This document shows, one piece after another, positions 1 to 12,600 of a DNA stretch of 64,000 bases (position 1 is its first letter; each line of letters begins with the position of its first letter). This DNA is from Tubulanus polymorphus (lineage: Eukaryota; Animalia; Nemertea), in contig NC_134029.1 of the NCBI RefSeq assembly GCF_964204645.1, forward strand, positions 8,768,850 to 8,832,849, given 5' to 3'. The notes below the pieces were generated by a model that saw only the letters and a list, made by a program, of their open reading frames with translations, ran no database searches and was not told the origin of the DNA. The position numbers and the translations under genes are program-made.

Positions 1-1812
1 GCGGCCAGCAAACAATTTTCTGGCCGGGAAGTGGCTCGAAAATCAACCTAACAACTCAAAAAGATGCCCACGCATATCGGGCTCTTTGAAATAGATTCAT
101 TTCATATCATTTCATAGTAACTTCGAAAATAGTATAGTAAACAAATGTATCGTAAGACAAATATGTATAATTACAATACGCATAACATAAATCTGATGGT
201 AATATCAATGGTGATAATAATGATAAGTCATTGCTTCAGTACATTATGGGGATTCAAAAGTTGCTTTCGGTAATCTGCATAATTTGGACACAGTATTTTC
301 AGGAAAATTAATATGTAGCTTATACTGACTGGATCTAGCTAAACCGAAGTGCGGTCAGCTTAAATTTTACATGTATATCCTGGACGTTCAAATATCAAGT
401 GACGTCCATTTCCGATTATATAATGATTGCATTTTCCCACGGGTTACTTAGAAAAATGATGGCTAAACAATATATCGAGCTCTGCCACGGGTTAGAGCGG
501 TATTTCTTAGGATTTTTTAATTATCACCGTAATTAACAGAAATGCACAATTGTATCCATTATGTATTTAAGTAATCACACAACATCCATTAATTACAGTT
601 ATATGTCAGTTAAATAGTACGTGTGTACATGTGTATAGAATACGTATGTGGTAGATTCATGGGTTTGAATGAGCGCCTTGGGCGATACAATTTCCAGTCT
701 CGATGAATATCATTAAGAGGAACCCACAATATCAATTTAAACAACTGTTAATGTTTTTTCTTATTTTCTTTTTCGAATAAACTCTGCAGATGGGTGGCGA
801 AGGATTCCACCCGAAACGTAAGAAAAAGACAATAACATGACCCAGTTCCACAGTTGTAAGTTGAGATTTGATTCCGAGTTAAAACATTGAAAAAAACTAA
901 TCTCAACAAATGTGGAACATGATCCAGTTGTTTGAAATGATGTTTCGGGTTTCTCTTAATGATAAGCATCTCGAATCTTGGTTCTGGCGAGTGCGCCTTG
1001 GAAACTTCCTAAAAATGTCCGCGTAGTGCTTAGCGGTTGCAATTCCCAGTTACCGACCGTGGGATTAGAACAATGACTACCGCATAATCGACTCAATGCA
1101 AACAAAAAATTAACGGGGGCAAATCGCTATATATTCATATAAAGACCATAAGAGATATACTCATAACAGGTCAATGGGATAATTCGAATACATGATGTAT
1201 TTGACTATTGAGCTTAAATCAATGTCACCGTTAAACTGGTAGTCGCAGAGAGTTTCCGACTGTGGTGGAGTTAACAAACAATGAATGAATGCTAACCATC
1301 ATTAATCAAAGACAAACAAACACGCAGGAAACCAGTAAACCATCGCCTAGACCCCGAGCCCGTTCAAATATTGCAAAAAGATTCAAATAAACATCGAAAT
1401 GTGCGTGTACGCACTTATTTTACGTAAACTCCACGATGATCTTGGCATAGTGTATAAAAATCAAGCAGCAATTGAAAAGATTAAGGAAGGCTTTTAAGGT
1501 GTGCACAATTTACATATAATAGCAATAACAACTTCTCTGAGCTTTGGAAAATGATTGCTTTTGGAAAATGATTGCTCTTTTACATTGCACAATTGACTAA
1601 GATGTCAAGACAATTCGAATTGGGCTTAGTGTAAAAGATTCATTGGACAATTAATTATCTATTACAAACATAGTTTCCTTTTAAAAAATATATATATATC
1701 TCATATCTAAGATGAGGTAAAATTAATTTCAGATTAAGTCAAGCATGAATGATATCATTTTATCTACATATATAGTGGTATAGTATAGATATAAAGAAAA
1801 TATAGGACTTAC

Positions 1813-1939
1813 CGATAAAAACAATGGAGAGCATGTGCCAACATCCCGGTACATAGGCACAAATACTTAACAGGGCATAAGATAGCATTTGCCAACGGCT
1901 ATATCTCCCCAACCTGGTCAACGCCTCGTCGACTTCCAT
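1813..1939 (-). CDS. First coding exon of an SLC22 / organic cation transporter (Orct-like) gene; remainder probably lies left of the window
   Basis: Translates MEVDEALTRLGRYSRWQMLSYALLSICAYVPGCWHMLSIVFI(G), matching the SLC22 N-terminal pattern (D..L..LG.(F/Y)..(W/Y)Q, then TM1 ending ..VF). Phase-1 donor G|GTAAGT at 1812; acceptor AG at 1967-1968 upstream of the ATG. Too short for the ORF track. Confidence 0.75.
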
Positions 1940-3539
1940 ATTTATCTATATGTATATACTGATTTCCTAAACAAATATATAGTCCAGTCGTTGTTTCAGA
2001 GAAGTCGGTGTTTCGTGCAGTTCTGGACCCGGAGACTCGTTGTTACATGTTGGCGGTGTGTTGGTTAATATAAAGGCATGCCGCAAAACTTTCCCAAAGA
2101 TCGTTTTTCAGTTGTATCTCGCGTACCGACCGAAGAGTGTGCATTAAAGTGTTAATTTCATCGCAAAATAGGTCGCCACTAATTATAAACTACATTGCGC
2201 CCATCACGCAACGACAAAAACGACAAGTTTCATCGAATTTATGGAGGTTATTATGCACTTGTAGCGACGGTTTCAGAACTAATGATATAATTACTACCGC
2301 CATACATTTTACGATGCAACAGATTTGCACTTTCTGCCTCCGCAGCAATGGCAGCACTGGGGCCGCCAGTTAGAACTTCTGAATCGAACAGATTTATACG
2401 TTTATATATAGCTGACTTGCGGCGCTCAGCTTCACGGGTCTATCTTTATTTTCTTACACGGGGGCACTAAATCAAGGAAAAACTCCGATACAAAAACTCG
2501 ATACAACACGGCGAAGAAACACAGACGGTTCAGGGCAACAGGGAGGCGTGGTATGAACCTCGAATGTATGAGTTGGCTTCGTGGTTCATCTTTCAAAATT
2601 CAATTTCCCTGTTCGTTAAAAGGATAACAAATCAATAAGAGCGAAATCCCGCAAATCAATTTTAAGTGGATATCAAATGATTGCTTATGAAATGGCAAAG
2701 GCGTATCAGCGCCAATAACCTTTGAATTTTTGGCGCTGTAAAAACAGTTACAATGTTTATAATCATTGATACCTATAGGATGCATTAAGGGGAGGTCGAT
2801 ATGCACTACGTCATCGATATTGGTTTTTGAAAATAACAACTGCAGTTGTGAATTTTGGCGTTAATTTTGTAATTAGATATACTTCATGACTCTAGTTTCA
2901 TTTTTGATCAATTTTAATGATTGTTTTTGAGAGGATGTGTCTACTACGTCATCTATATCGGGGCTAGACTGGTTGCCGGTAAATTCAATTCAATTATCGA
3001 TGTACTCAATCAAATCCACTATAAGTTTATTGATCCTTAGCATTATATGATTTATATTATGTCAATCATTGCCGACAATATAAAGCAACATATATGTGTG
3101 GTTTTTCTTGAGGCGTCAATAAACTTTCAAGTTAGTATTTTTGCAACTCTTCAACTCAACTCGTTACTTATACTTCGCACTGATTATTGTGTCTCAAGAA
3201 CTTGTAAACGTGGCTCGCGTACTGAAATCTCAACATTTTGAACTCGATAAATAGTTATTGAAGTGGACAAAACACGAATAGATGAGATATAGAATAGACG
3301 AAAACTATTCATATTCCAAAATACACGAAACCTTGGGATATATCTATATATACGCTGTGTATAATGCGTATTGCCTTCGCTGCCCGTCTAGTGCATTTGA
3401 TTACCCGGTATAGACCTAGCACATACCTTGTTTCCCCCCAGATTTTTCTATAAGATGTAAATTTCAACCGCAACTTATAAGTGTAACTCACATACATGTT
3501 ATGTTTTTGTGGTGCGTACAACAATTAAATACAAGAATC

Positions 3540-3705
3540 TACGGAAGCTCGAATTCGACATAAAAATAAGTCGAATTTCGACATAGTTAACTCGAAATTC
3601 AGAATTCGACTTATTTTGTCGAATTTCGAGATAATAAGTAGAAATTCGACATAATAAGTCGAAATTGTGGAAAAATATCTCGTATGTCACCTAGGAGCTT
3701 CCGTA
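3540..3705. mobile_element. Non-autonomous IS3EU-like DNA transposon
   Basis: TIR TACGGAAGCTC...GAGCTTCCGTA with AGAATC on both flanks (6-bp TSD). Confidence 0.65.
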
Positions 3706-6473
3706 AGAATCTGTGTCTTCGATTTCGAAACAAAGGGTTCGAATGGCAAAAAAACCTTTAAAAAAGTGGTAAAACTTGGCATTTAGTGGGAGACACTTTT
3801 AGAGAATCATCGCGTAGTGACGATTACAAATAACCTCCTCTATAAACCCATTTCGTGGAAAAGCAGAATTTTAGATCATTAGGTAATGGATTATTTGCAG
3901 ACTACGCCAGTCGCTTGTTCTTCATCGGCGTAAGAATTTTCCACTAGTATGGCCCATATTTTCGCATCAAGAGTAAATGAAACTCAGATGTAGTAATAGA
4001 GGTGAATAATCGAGATAACTGTTGCACGACTACATAATTATGTCGAGTGGGATCCAAAATACCGTAATGAGCACCATCGTGGTAGGAATAAATGATAATC
4101 TCCGAACTGTTCTCTAAGATATGATCATTCATAGAATCAATATGCTGTATAGTACAATGTCCAATTGATGGTTTGATCGATTGATTTAGTTTGATAGAAC
4201 ATAATTACGTATATCATCTTTACATATTATTTTGATGAACTTTTAAAGGATGTAGTGAGAGCCTGACGGCTGTTACAGCAATCATACCGTAACATAAAAA
4301 CATATCTATTTTTTTTACTTGTTTCAGTCGTGGCAAATTGTATAATTCATGTATATATATATATATAATTATATATATATGTATATATTTATATATATAT
4401 ATAATTAATTCAACGAATACTATCATGCCCGTCAGTGTTTGGCCTTGGCACATCGCGTGATGATGTTATTCGGTTATATGGGAAATGATGATCGAGTGAA
4501 GATAATTTCCTTTTAAAAAAAGAGACATAATGATCAGGTCGTTTTAGGAAATGCGACATACATAGTCTAGCCTGATGCGGTTTGACACCTGAGAAAAATG
4601 AATGACCTGGCACATGTATGAACGTTTAGCCTGACGCAATAACCGTAATGATTGAATAGAAAAAGCAAACAATTTTAAAAGATAGCACAGAATATACATG
4701 ATATTAAAAAATGATGGCTTGCCTGAGTTGGGAGTTTATCAAAACGCCAATGTAGACAAATGCATTTAGCACTAAAATAATTTCCTCTTCTGCATAAGAA
4801 ACCATAATATTTTTGTGTTGTTGCAGATTTTTATTTACTCTCTTCGGATCGTGCGAAGCCTATTCATCATGTCCAGAAACAGGGGCACCAGTTTGGTTAA
4901 TTCGTACTAGCTAACATTGTTCAGCAAATGCATTCGCATTCGTATTTCGGTTTCTATAGTCGATGCATATTTCATCATAGACAATTTATCAGCATTGGCT
5001 TGATATCTAGAGCAGTTAACTGTTAAAGCTAGAATACAATACGGAGGTGAAATTTCCAAAAAAAACAAACAAAATGAGGGTACCACTTTTTGCTACGACT
5101 CAGGTATCGATTTCTGAAAGACTGTCAGAATAGGGTGTTTATCGATGTTTATTTTTCTGAAGAGCATCAGCTTGCGTATCGATTACATACTTTTACATAT
5201 CATCTTAATTATCGTTAACTGATTTGTTATTTTTTGCTATGTTTTGTTTATGGCCAGTTGCCGTCTAAATGAGTTCAAAACGGAAGGACGGCCTTTTCAA
5301 AATTACTTATCCTACGATTCGACTTACGTCGGTGTGGTTTCCGAGTCACTGTCATTTGAGTTTGATTGGGGATCGCGATACGCATTGAAACGCTTTTTAT
5401 TTCACAAAGAAATCTCTACCAAAAACTTGGCCTAAGGTCGTTTTAAAACTGTTCCTTCTCTCTTGCATCATCAGTGCTCAGATGTTGAGGCGCGACATCA
5501 GTCCAAAAGTGTATCTAAAGACTAGTCTAACTTTAAGTTGTAAGATTGGCTTAAACCAAAAAGAAGTAGAATTCTTGCTTAAGCCTAAACTGTAACTGTG
5601 CAACTGGCACCTGGTATATGCTATTTTTGAGCATGCTGGCTTGGTAACAAATCTGTCCCTTTGAATTAAATTTTCGACAATTTTCTTATTTGCAGTTTAT
5701 GTTCTTTGACGCCTACAAAATCGTTACAATAACGGTTTTATACGATGAGACCCCGCGTGTGTAAAGGATTCTGTGTGATTCAAGTGCACTACGTCATCAA
5801 TACATCGGAGCTAGACTGGTTGCCGGTCAATTCAATTCAATTACTTGCATATGCGAATCCAAAATAATTTCATCGACCCTTAATATCACGTAGGCCTAAT
5901 GTATATCATATCATGTATTGTAGACAAAATCAAAGCCGTATATGGATTGTTTTGAAGGCGTCAATAAGTTAGTATTCTTGTTCAGTTAATCCAGTGGGGA
6001 TCTGAAATATTTTTTCATGTATCATCTTCCTGTTTTTTGTACTATATCATTCAGCTTTCACTACTGACTTCACTGGTAATGTGCAAAACACCGGCAGTAT
6101 CATTCTGCCGGCTTCGAATCGTATGCAACTGTTTACTTTTCTTATTTATGATTCTCAATTCGAGACGAGCATAAACACTATGATCCGTTGTTTAGCATTT
6201 TTCAACGCCGTGTTTAACAGAGAAGTGTCTGCATTTTTCTGGCCTAGCGAGCAAGTTTTATCGTCAGTCGCGGGATCGTTTAACGGCGATTGACGCGAGA
6301 AACTGTCTAGGTATCCAGAACAAAATCTAACTAAAGATGCGCTTTCCCAAATACATGTAGCTTGCTTCTGAGAAATGATTGAACTGCCAGTCTTTGAAAG
6401 GGTGAAACAGGCAGGCAAGTAATAAAACTATCTGAAATAAGCAACACTTTTGGTTGAGACTTATCGACAACCG

Positions 6474-6479
6474 TTTATT
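6474..6479 (-). promoter_or_regulatory. Polyadenylation signal of the multi-vWA gene
   Basis: AATAAA on the minus strand about 150 nt after the stop codon at 6631. Confidence 0.55.
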
Positions 6480-6630
6480 GCGAGTTGTTGATATGATTTG
6501 CACCGGTGAAAAAGCGGGAACATAGATAATAAGATGTATAAGATATATAGGATGCTAGGCATGTATAGATATATAGGAAACGAGACTTCAAAGGTCCCGA
6601 TTCGAGATTAGAAGAGATGATTTAAAAAGC

Positions 6631-9600
6631 TTATTTGCCACATCCACCATGGCAGCCCTTTCCACCTGAGCTACTGGACATCTGACCACTCCCCAGAGAC
6701 ATCATTTTTCCACTGCCCGATGACATCATTTGTCCACTGCCGGATGACATCATTTGTCCACTGCCGGATGACATCATTTGTCCACTCCCCGATGACATCA
6801 TCTGACTGCTACCACCACTATAACTAAAACTACTCATCGCCATCCCACTTGAGCTTTGTACCATCCCAGCCCTCATCTGCATGGCCTGTTGCTTGACGCT
6901 GGCTAAAGAGTAACCTTTGGGATAGCAGATAAGCAATACTGCATTACCAACCTCTTCCTTGTATGACTCTAGTCCACTAGCACATGTACGCGCTGAAAGG
7001 ACAAAGCGAAAGTCTTTACCACACGCTAGCATAAGCCTAGCACATTTTAAGTAATTAGCCTGTATAGGCCAAAAGGCTACCATGCTTTTCACCTTTAAGC
7101 GGTTGTGTCGGTGAAAGGTATGCAGATTTTCACTAAGTAGATAATCTTGTTGAAGTTCAAATAATCTTCTCAAATTCATATCTAAAAATTTGGGTCTTGG
7201 TCACCGACAAGGAGTGTCCACCCCTAGAATAACCCATGAGATCGTAATCGTTCAACAAATAAAGATCTCCCTACCTGCACCCTGTTTGAAGCATTGTCCA
7301 CTGCCAACCTTCTGATATCCAGCCGGACAGCTTGCGGATTGGATTGTGGATGATTGGGACGTTGAAAATGAGCTCTTAACATAGACAGTCATCATGCCTA
7401 TGAATTACATATAGATAATATTCAATGGTGATCCTTATAACGGGTTTGTTCAGTTCAACGAATCAATTCATCAATCCAATTCAGTTACAGATAAGACTTC
7501 CGTGGTCTCATGATACTCAATGAAATACGAATTATATCTTCAGTAGTACATACTTTGCGTAATCTGCATGAAGTGCTGAACGACGTTTGCGGGAATTGAC
7601 ACATACTTTACTGAAAATTGAGCATTCAATAGTTCACACTTGACTCTTGATATGTTATATCCAGAGATAAAACCGACGAAAAAGGCTAGGACATGTTGCA
7701 AATGTTTCAGTACCTTTGACGAAAATTGTTAATTTGCTGACAAGGAAAGTCACGAATGAACTCGGGGAATAAGAAGTCACTATGAACATGCTCGCAGGTT
7801 TTAGTGGCGCGATGACTTGCGTTTCAAGGACAGTTTTCGGCATCATGAACATAAACCCGAAATATTTCACGAGGTCTTGCATTGTAGTCTTCATCTGAAG
7901 CGATACAAGAATTGAAGCTAATTATTACTTTGAAATTTGACGTGTTTAATGTTAACCAGTTTTGTGTCCGCATTTTCATTATATATATTCATTAGAATTA
8001 CTAAAAAACTACCACAATTTGATTCACCTTTGGAACAGTTGCTTGGGGAATGTTAAATTTCCCTGCAAATAGCAGTAGACGATTTGATCCAGGACGAAAG
8101 CCATTCGGTTGCTGCATCACATTGGCCAGAGTCGTGAATGCCAGTGCGAGATTCATCTGGTCATCTTTACCGGAATATACTATCTTTAATAAAGACAATC
8201 ATTTTCAATCATTCGCAGTAGCCACTGATTACCAATTTAACAGTGCTCTGTTAGTATGTATTTATAAAAAAAATACAGTTGCTCTTTTTGGCAATTTTGG
8301 AAATGTTCCCTTTGTGCAAATATTATTATTATAGACTTTAGAACTGCCCTTTTCGGGTTTCTCTGCCCCCCTTAAAATTCTTATGCTAGGTACGGCCCTA
8401 AGGTAAGGAAATATTTATTTTCAGTAGATATTACGGATTGGCATGACGGATGGAAAATGAATATATGGTGGGTCCATGACTTCTTTTTATCATTGACAAG
8501 AAGAATACACGAATACATGTTCACCACCTGTATTCACACATTAAAATATGCAGGTTACCTCTTTCAGAGATGTGGTGACCATTTCTGTCAGTCCGCTTTG
8601 ACCGTTAGCCATTGTTGGCAATGACACGTATTTTATTCCGCTGCCATCGCCGTATATGATATGAATCGTCATGAATTCTGGCGAGATTTCGTACTGTTTT
8701 ACGATTTCGATAATGCCGGACTTATATCCATCGAACTCGGACTTTTTGGTGTCTTTCGACGTATCCATTATGTAAATCAGCTCCATTTTCACTTTATGCG
8801 CTACAAATATGTTTTTGTATAGGTTTTTGAATTCATACATGTGTTTATCGATAGCAAACACATTTACCCTACGGTATCATTGATAAGTTTTACTGTTCCC
8901 AATTTCCAAGGCTAAGCTTGAACAAAATAGATATTTCTCAATATTTCACTTGGTATTGACCTAATTGGTTCTTTCTATTAGCCAAAATATTAGTAGAATT
9001 AGTCATCATTTTAAGAATATACACTCCTACAAGCTAGACAAAATGTCTACCAAAAAATCAAAATAATTCCAGTAACTTTGAAGTAGCAAATAGCTTACTC
9101 ACCTTTAGGTTTTTCTTGAGCTGTTGGGAAAAATGAGAAAAATGACTTAACATATCAAAGCAGGCCCTTTCAAAATTTTCAAATTGATTTATTCTCTCCA
9201 GATTTTCTGCCCCAAAGTAATATTTAATTCTTATTTATATATCTATATATCTCCTTATTAGAACAATCCTTTTTTGAGCTATTCACTGTTGACCTGACTC
9301 AATTGATGTGATTTACCTGTGAATCTTGATGGCAGAACCTTTGAAATAGCTTTAAAAATGAAATAAGAAAATATATTAGTAATTACTTCCTTTAGTTATC
9401 CTGTCAGCAGTTTTACCTATCGCTTAAATTTTTTGTTGACACTTACCAGAAGGGGTATACATCGTTTTGAATGTCGTTAAATCTTTTATATTTATCGGCT
9501 TCATTGCCAAAACTAAAATTGAAGGTAATCGATCAAGGAACAAAGCAACCATGTACTTGGCAAATTACTATCAAGAAAATTTCTTGAAGAAAAATGCATT

Positions 9601-12600
9601 TAATGTTCATAAAGATATGTTGAGGTCATTCATCTGGATTGACATAGTGACTCAATCAGCCGCTGGCAGGCATGGCAGTAGTGACTTAACAGCAGCAAAA
9701 TGTTCTTGAGTAAAATATAGAGGAATCTACAAAGTGTGACTTACCACAAGATACTTAATGTTGGATTCACTTACCACGGTATGTTGGATTTCGAACGACC
9801 TTGATGAATGAAGTGAAAATCGATACTGGCGTCATGCTCGGTTTATACGAGATAGAATGAACGGACTTGCTGGTCGGAATTATGCGACTAAGATAGCCCG
9901 TATCATCGGGTGTCGTACCGGCTGGTACCGTAAACGTCAAGTACATTTGCGATAACTTTTGCAGCAGCGTTTTGAATTTCGGCTCGTCACTTTTCGGTCT
10001 AAACGAGCCGAAGAGGTAAAGGTTACTTAGTAGGTTTCCATTACTTCTCGGTTTCGACACCAACTAAGAGAAAAAGATCGTTGATGATAAGTTGGGTGAT
10101 AAATTTGATAAATATGGATATGAACTTATATGAATGAGATAATCTCGGATACGAAGGAAGGTGGTGTCCTAAACGATATGGAAAGGCGTATCAAAATTTC
10201 TTACCGCGGCTACAACTTGAGTGAGCTCTGCTATATTCGGTTCTTGGTCCGTGTGTGGAAGATCGTTGATTTCTTTGATCATCTGCGCCACGGGTTTCAC
10301 GCCATCGACATTGATGACCTTGACATTCGAGCCTCCAACATACACAATGATTATGGTGGTAGCAGACGGGCTGATTTCGTATCTGCGAGCGTAAAACAAA
10401 AGACCCCACTATGGAAAAAGGTGATCCAAGGTATTTCGGTTTCGGTGAAATGTATGGTAATACCGGATACCTGTTAATCATATCGATGACTAGTGTTTTG
10501 AAATTCGTAAACGTTTCTTTCGGAACTCTCTTCGATCCGTCGAGCAGAACGAAAAACTGATGAGGTCGTTTGTCTGTAAATGGAAATAAGTATGGGCAGC
10601 CCCATAATCGTATTCATTTTACCAAGCTAATCATCACGTTGGTTTTTATTATACCTTTGTTAGATTCAGTAGGTATCTCGTTGGCAGGACTGCCTTGTCC
10701 TGATGGCTGTTTCGGTGTTTTCCCACCTGTCTTGGACGGCTTTGGATTTGTCCCTATATGAAAGATAGGTCGTCTGTTCAAACCGAATTCGATTCGAGCA
10801 AAATATCAACAAATCGTCGAAGATTTTTGATGAATCATTAGACAAGTTATGAGAACAGCATTCATGAAATGGCGTACCGGGGGATCCATCAGGTTTGCTT
10901 GGATTACTGGGCGAACCCTTCGAAGGTGTATTGGGTTTTGTCGGGCTGCTTGGTTCTGATGGCTGTTTCGGTGTTTTCCCACCTGTCGTGGACGGCTTTG
11001 GATTTGTCCCTATATGAAAGATAGGTCGTCTGTTCAGACCGAATTCGATTCCAGCAAAATATCAACAAATTGTCGAAGATTTTTTATGAATCATTAGACA
11101 GGGTATGAGAACAGCATTCATGAAATGGCGTACCGGGGGATCCATCAGGTTTGCTTGGATTACTGGGCGAACCCTTCGAAGGTGTGTTGGGTTTTGTCGG
11201 GCTGCCTGGTTCTGATGGCTTTTTCGGTGTTTTCCCAGATGGCTTGGATGATTTTGGATTATTTCCTACAAGAAAAATCCGTCGAGTTTATCAGGCTGAA
11301 TACGATTCGAGCAAAATATCCGCGCATTATCGAGGATATCCGAGAAATTACGTACCGGTAGATCCACTAGGTTTGCCTGGATTACTGGGTGAACCCTTTG
11401 ATGGGGTTTCGGGTTTTGTCGGGCTGCTTGGTTTCGACGGCTTTTCTGGTGATTTCCCAGCTGGCTTAGATGGCTCAGATTTTCCTGTATGATATGAGAT
11501 TCGTCATTTTATTCAGTTTGAATTCGATTCGAGGCAAAATATCCACTATCATCGAGTACATTGGATGAATCGTACGAATCGGCATAGTATTCAAGAAAAT
11601 AATGTACCAGGTTTGTCGTTAGAACCATTTGGATTACTCGGTGAACCCTTCGAAGGAGTGTTGGGTTTTACTTTCCTTACAGTAAGTTTTGGATTAACCG
11701 ATTTGACCTTTTTGTCCGTCGTATCTGAATAATTGAAAATATTTCTTTTGAAAAATCGTTAGATCGTGTCATTAAACTGAAATTCGTTCAACGCAAGATC
11801 TCACCAATGCTTTTCTTGACATCGACTGTAAAGAATAAAGAAAATGTTCATTGGTTTCAAATCATCACAGGAGTTAAGTATTGTGAAAACCAAAATGGCT
11901 AGAGGCGAAATACCTGTTACGGTTGTAGATGGTAGTAGATCGCCAGAAACCAAGCTGCCTGACTTTGGAATAGCCTTCGGAGTTTCTAAAAAACAAAGTA
12001 AAAAGTAGTGAATAAATGTCGAAAAGCGCTTTTACTTAAAACGACACACTTGGTTGAATATATTGAATTATAGAAGAGAAATGTGCTCAAACTAAATCAA
12101 ATCAACTGTCAAAGTGAATTGAATTAGAGGAGTTGCCGGGCTACAAATGGTAGTCTACTAGCTCTAGTATGAGCAGTTTTGATATTTCTATTCATTTATT
12201 TATCTATTGATTCAATATAGTTTTAATATCTGCGTAAACCTTAATTTACAATCAGGGCTGTAAGCAGTAACTGAAATATATGGTGGCAAAATGTCGGAAA
12301 AGATGTTTCCGTAGCCCGAGTGGTATAGCACATATCTTGAAACTATCATAGATTTTACTTACTGGGTGCTTTTTTAACTATCGTAGAGACGTATGTGACG
12401 ATGCTAGTGATTTCGGTTTTGGGCGCTAAACTTCCAGCTGGCACAATCGATGTATAAAAACTTTTATCAGCGGGTACAGATGCGATTGGTATCATTATGA
12501 TATACACGTATTGCTGCAAGATAGTGAATATCTGTACTATCTTATCTTTTGGTTCACCTGAGCCAGGTTTGAAGGAACCTATAAGCATCGTGGGCCGAGG

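Noticed and set aside
9739-9750. Second G|GTAAGT donor 30 nt after the vWA3 exon end
   Set aside because: Using it would include an in-frame TGA at 9767-9769, and the gap is too short for an intron.
10655-11724. CRISPR-like array
   Set aside because: The units are spliceosomal exon+intron duplicates in a eukaryotic gene; no constant repeat with unique spacers and no cas genes.
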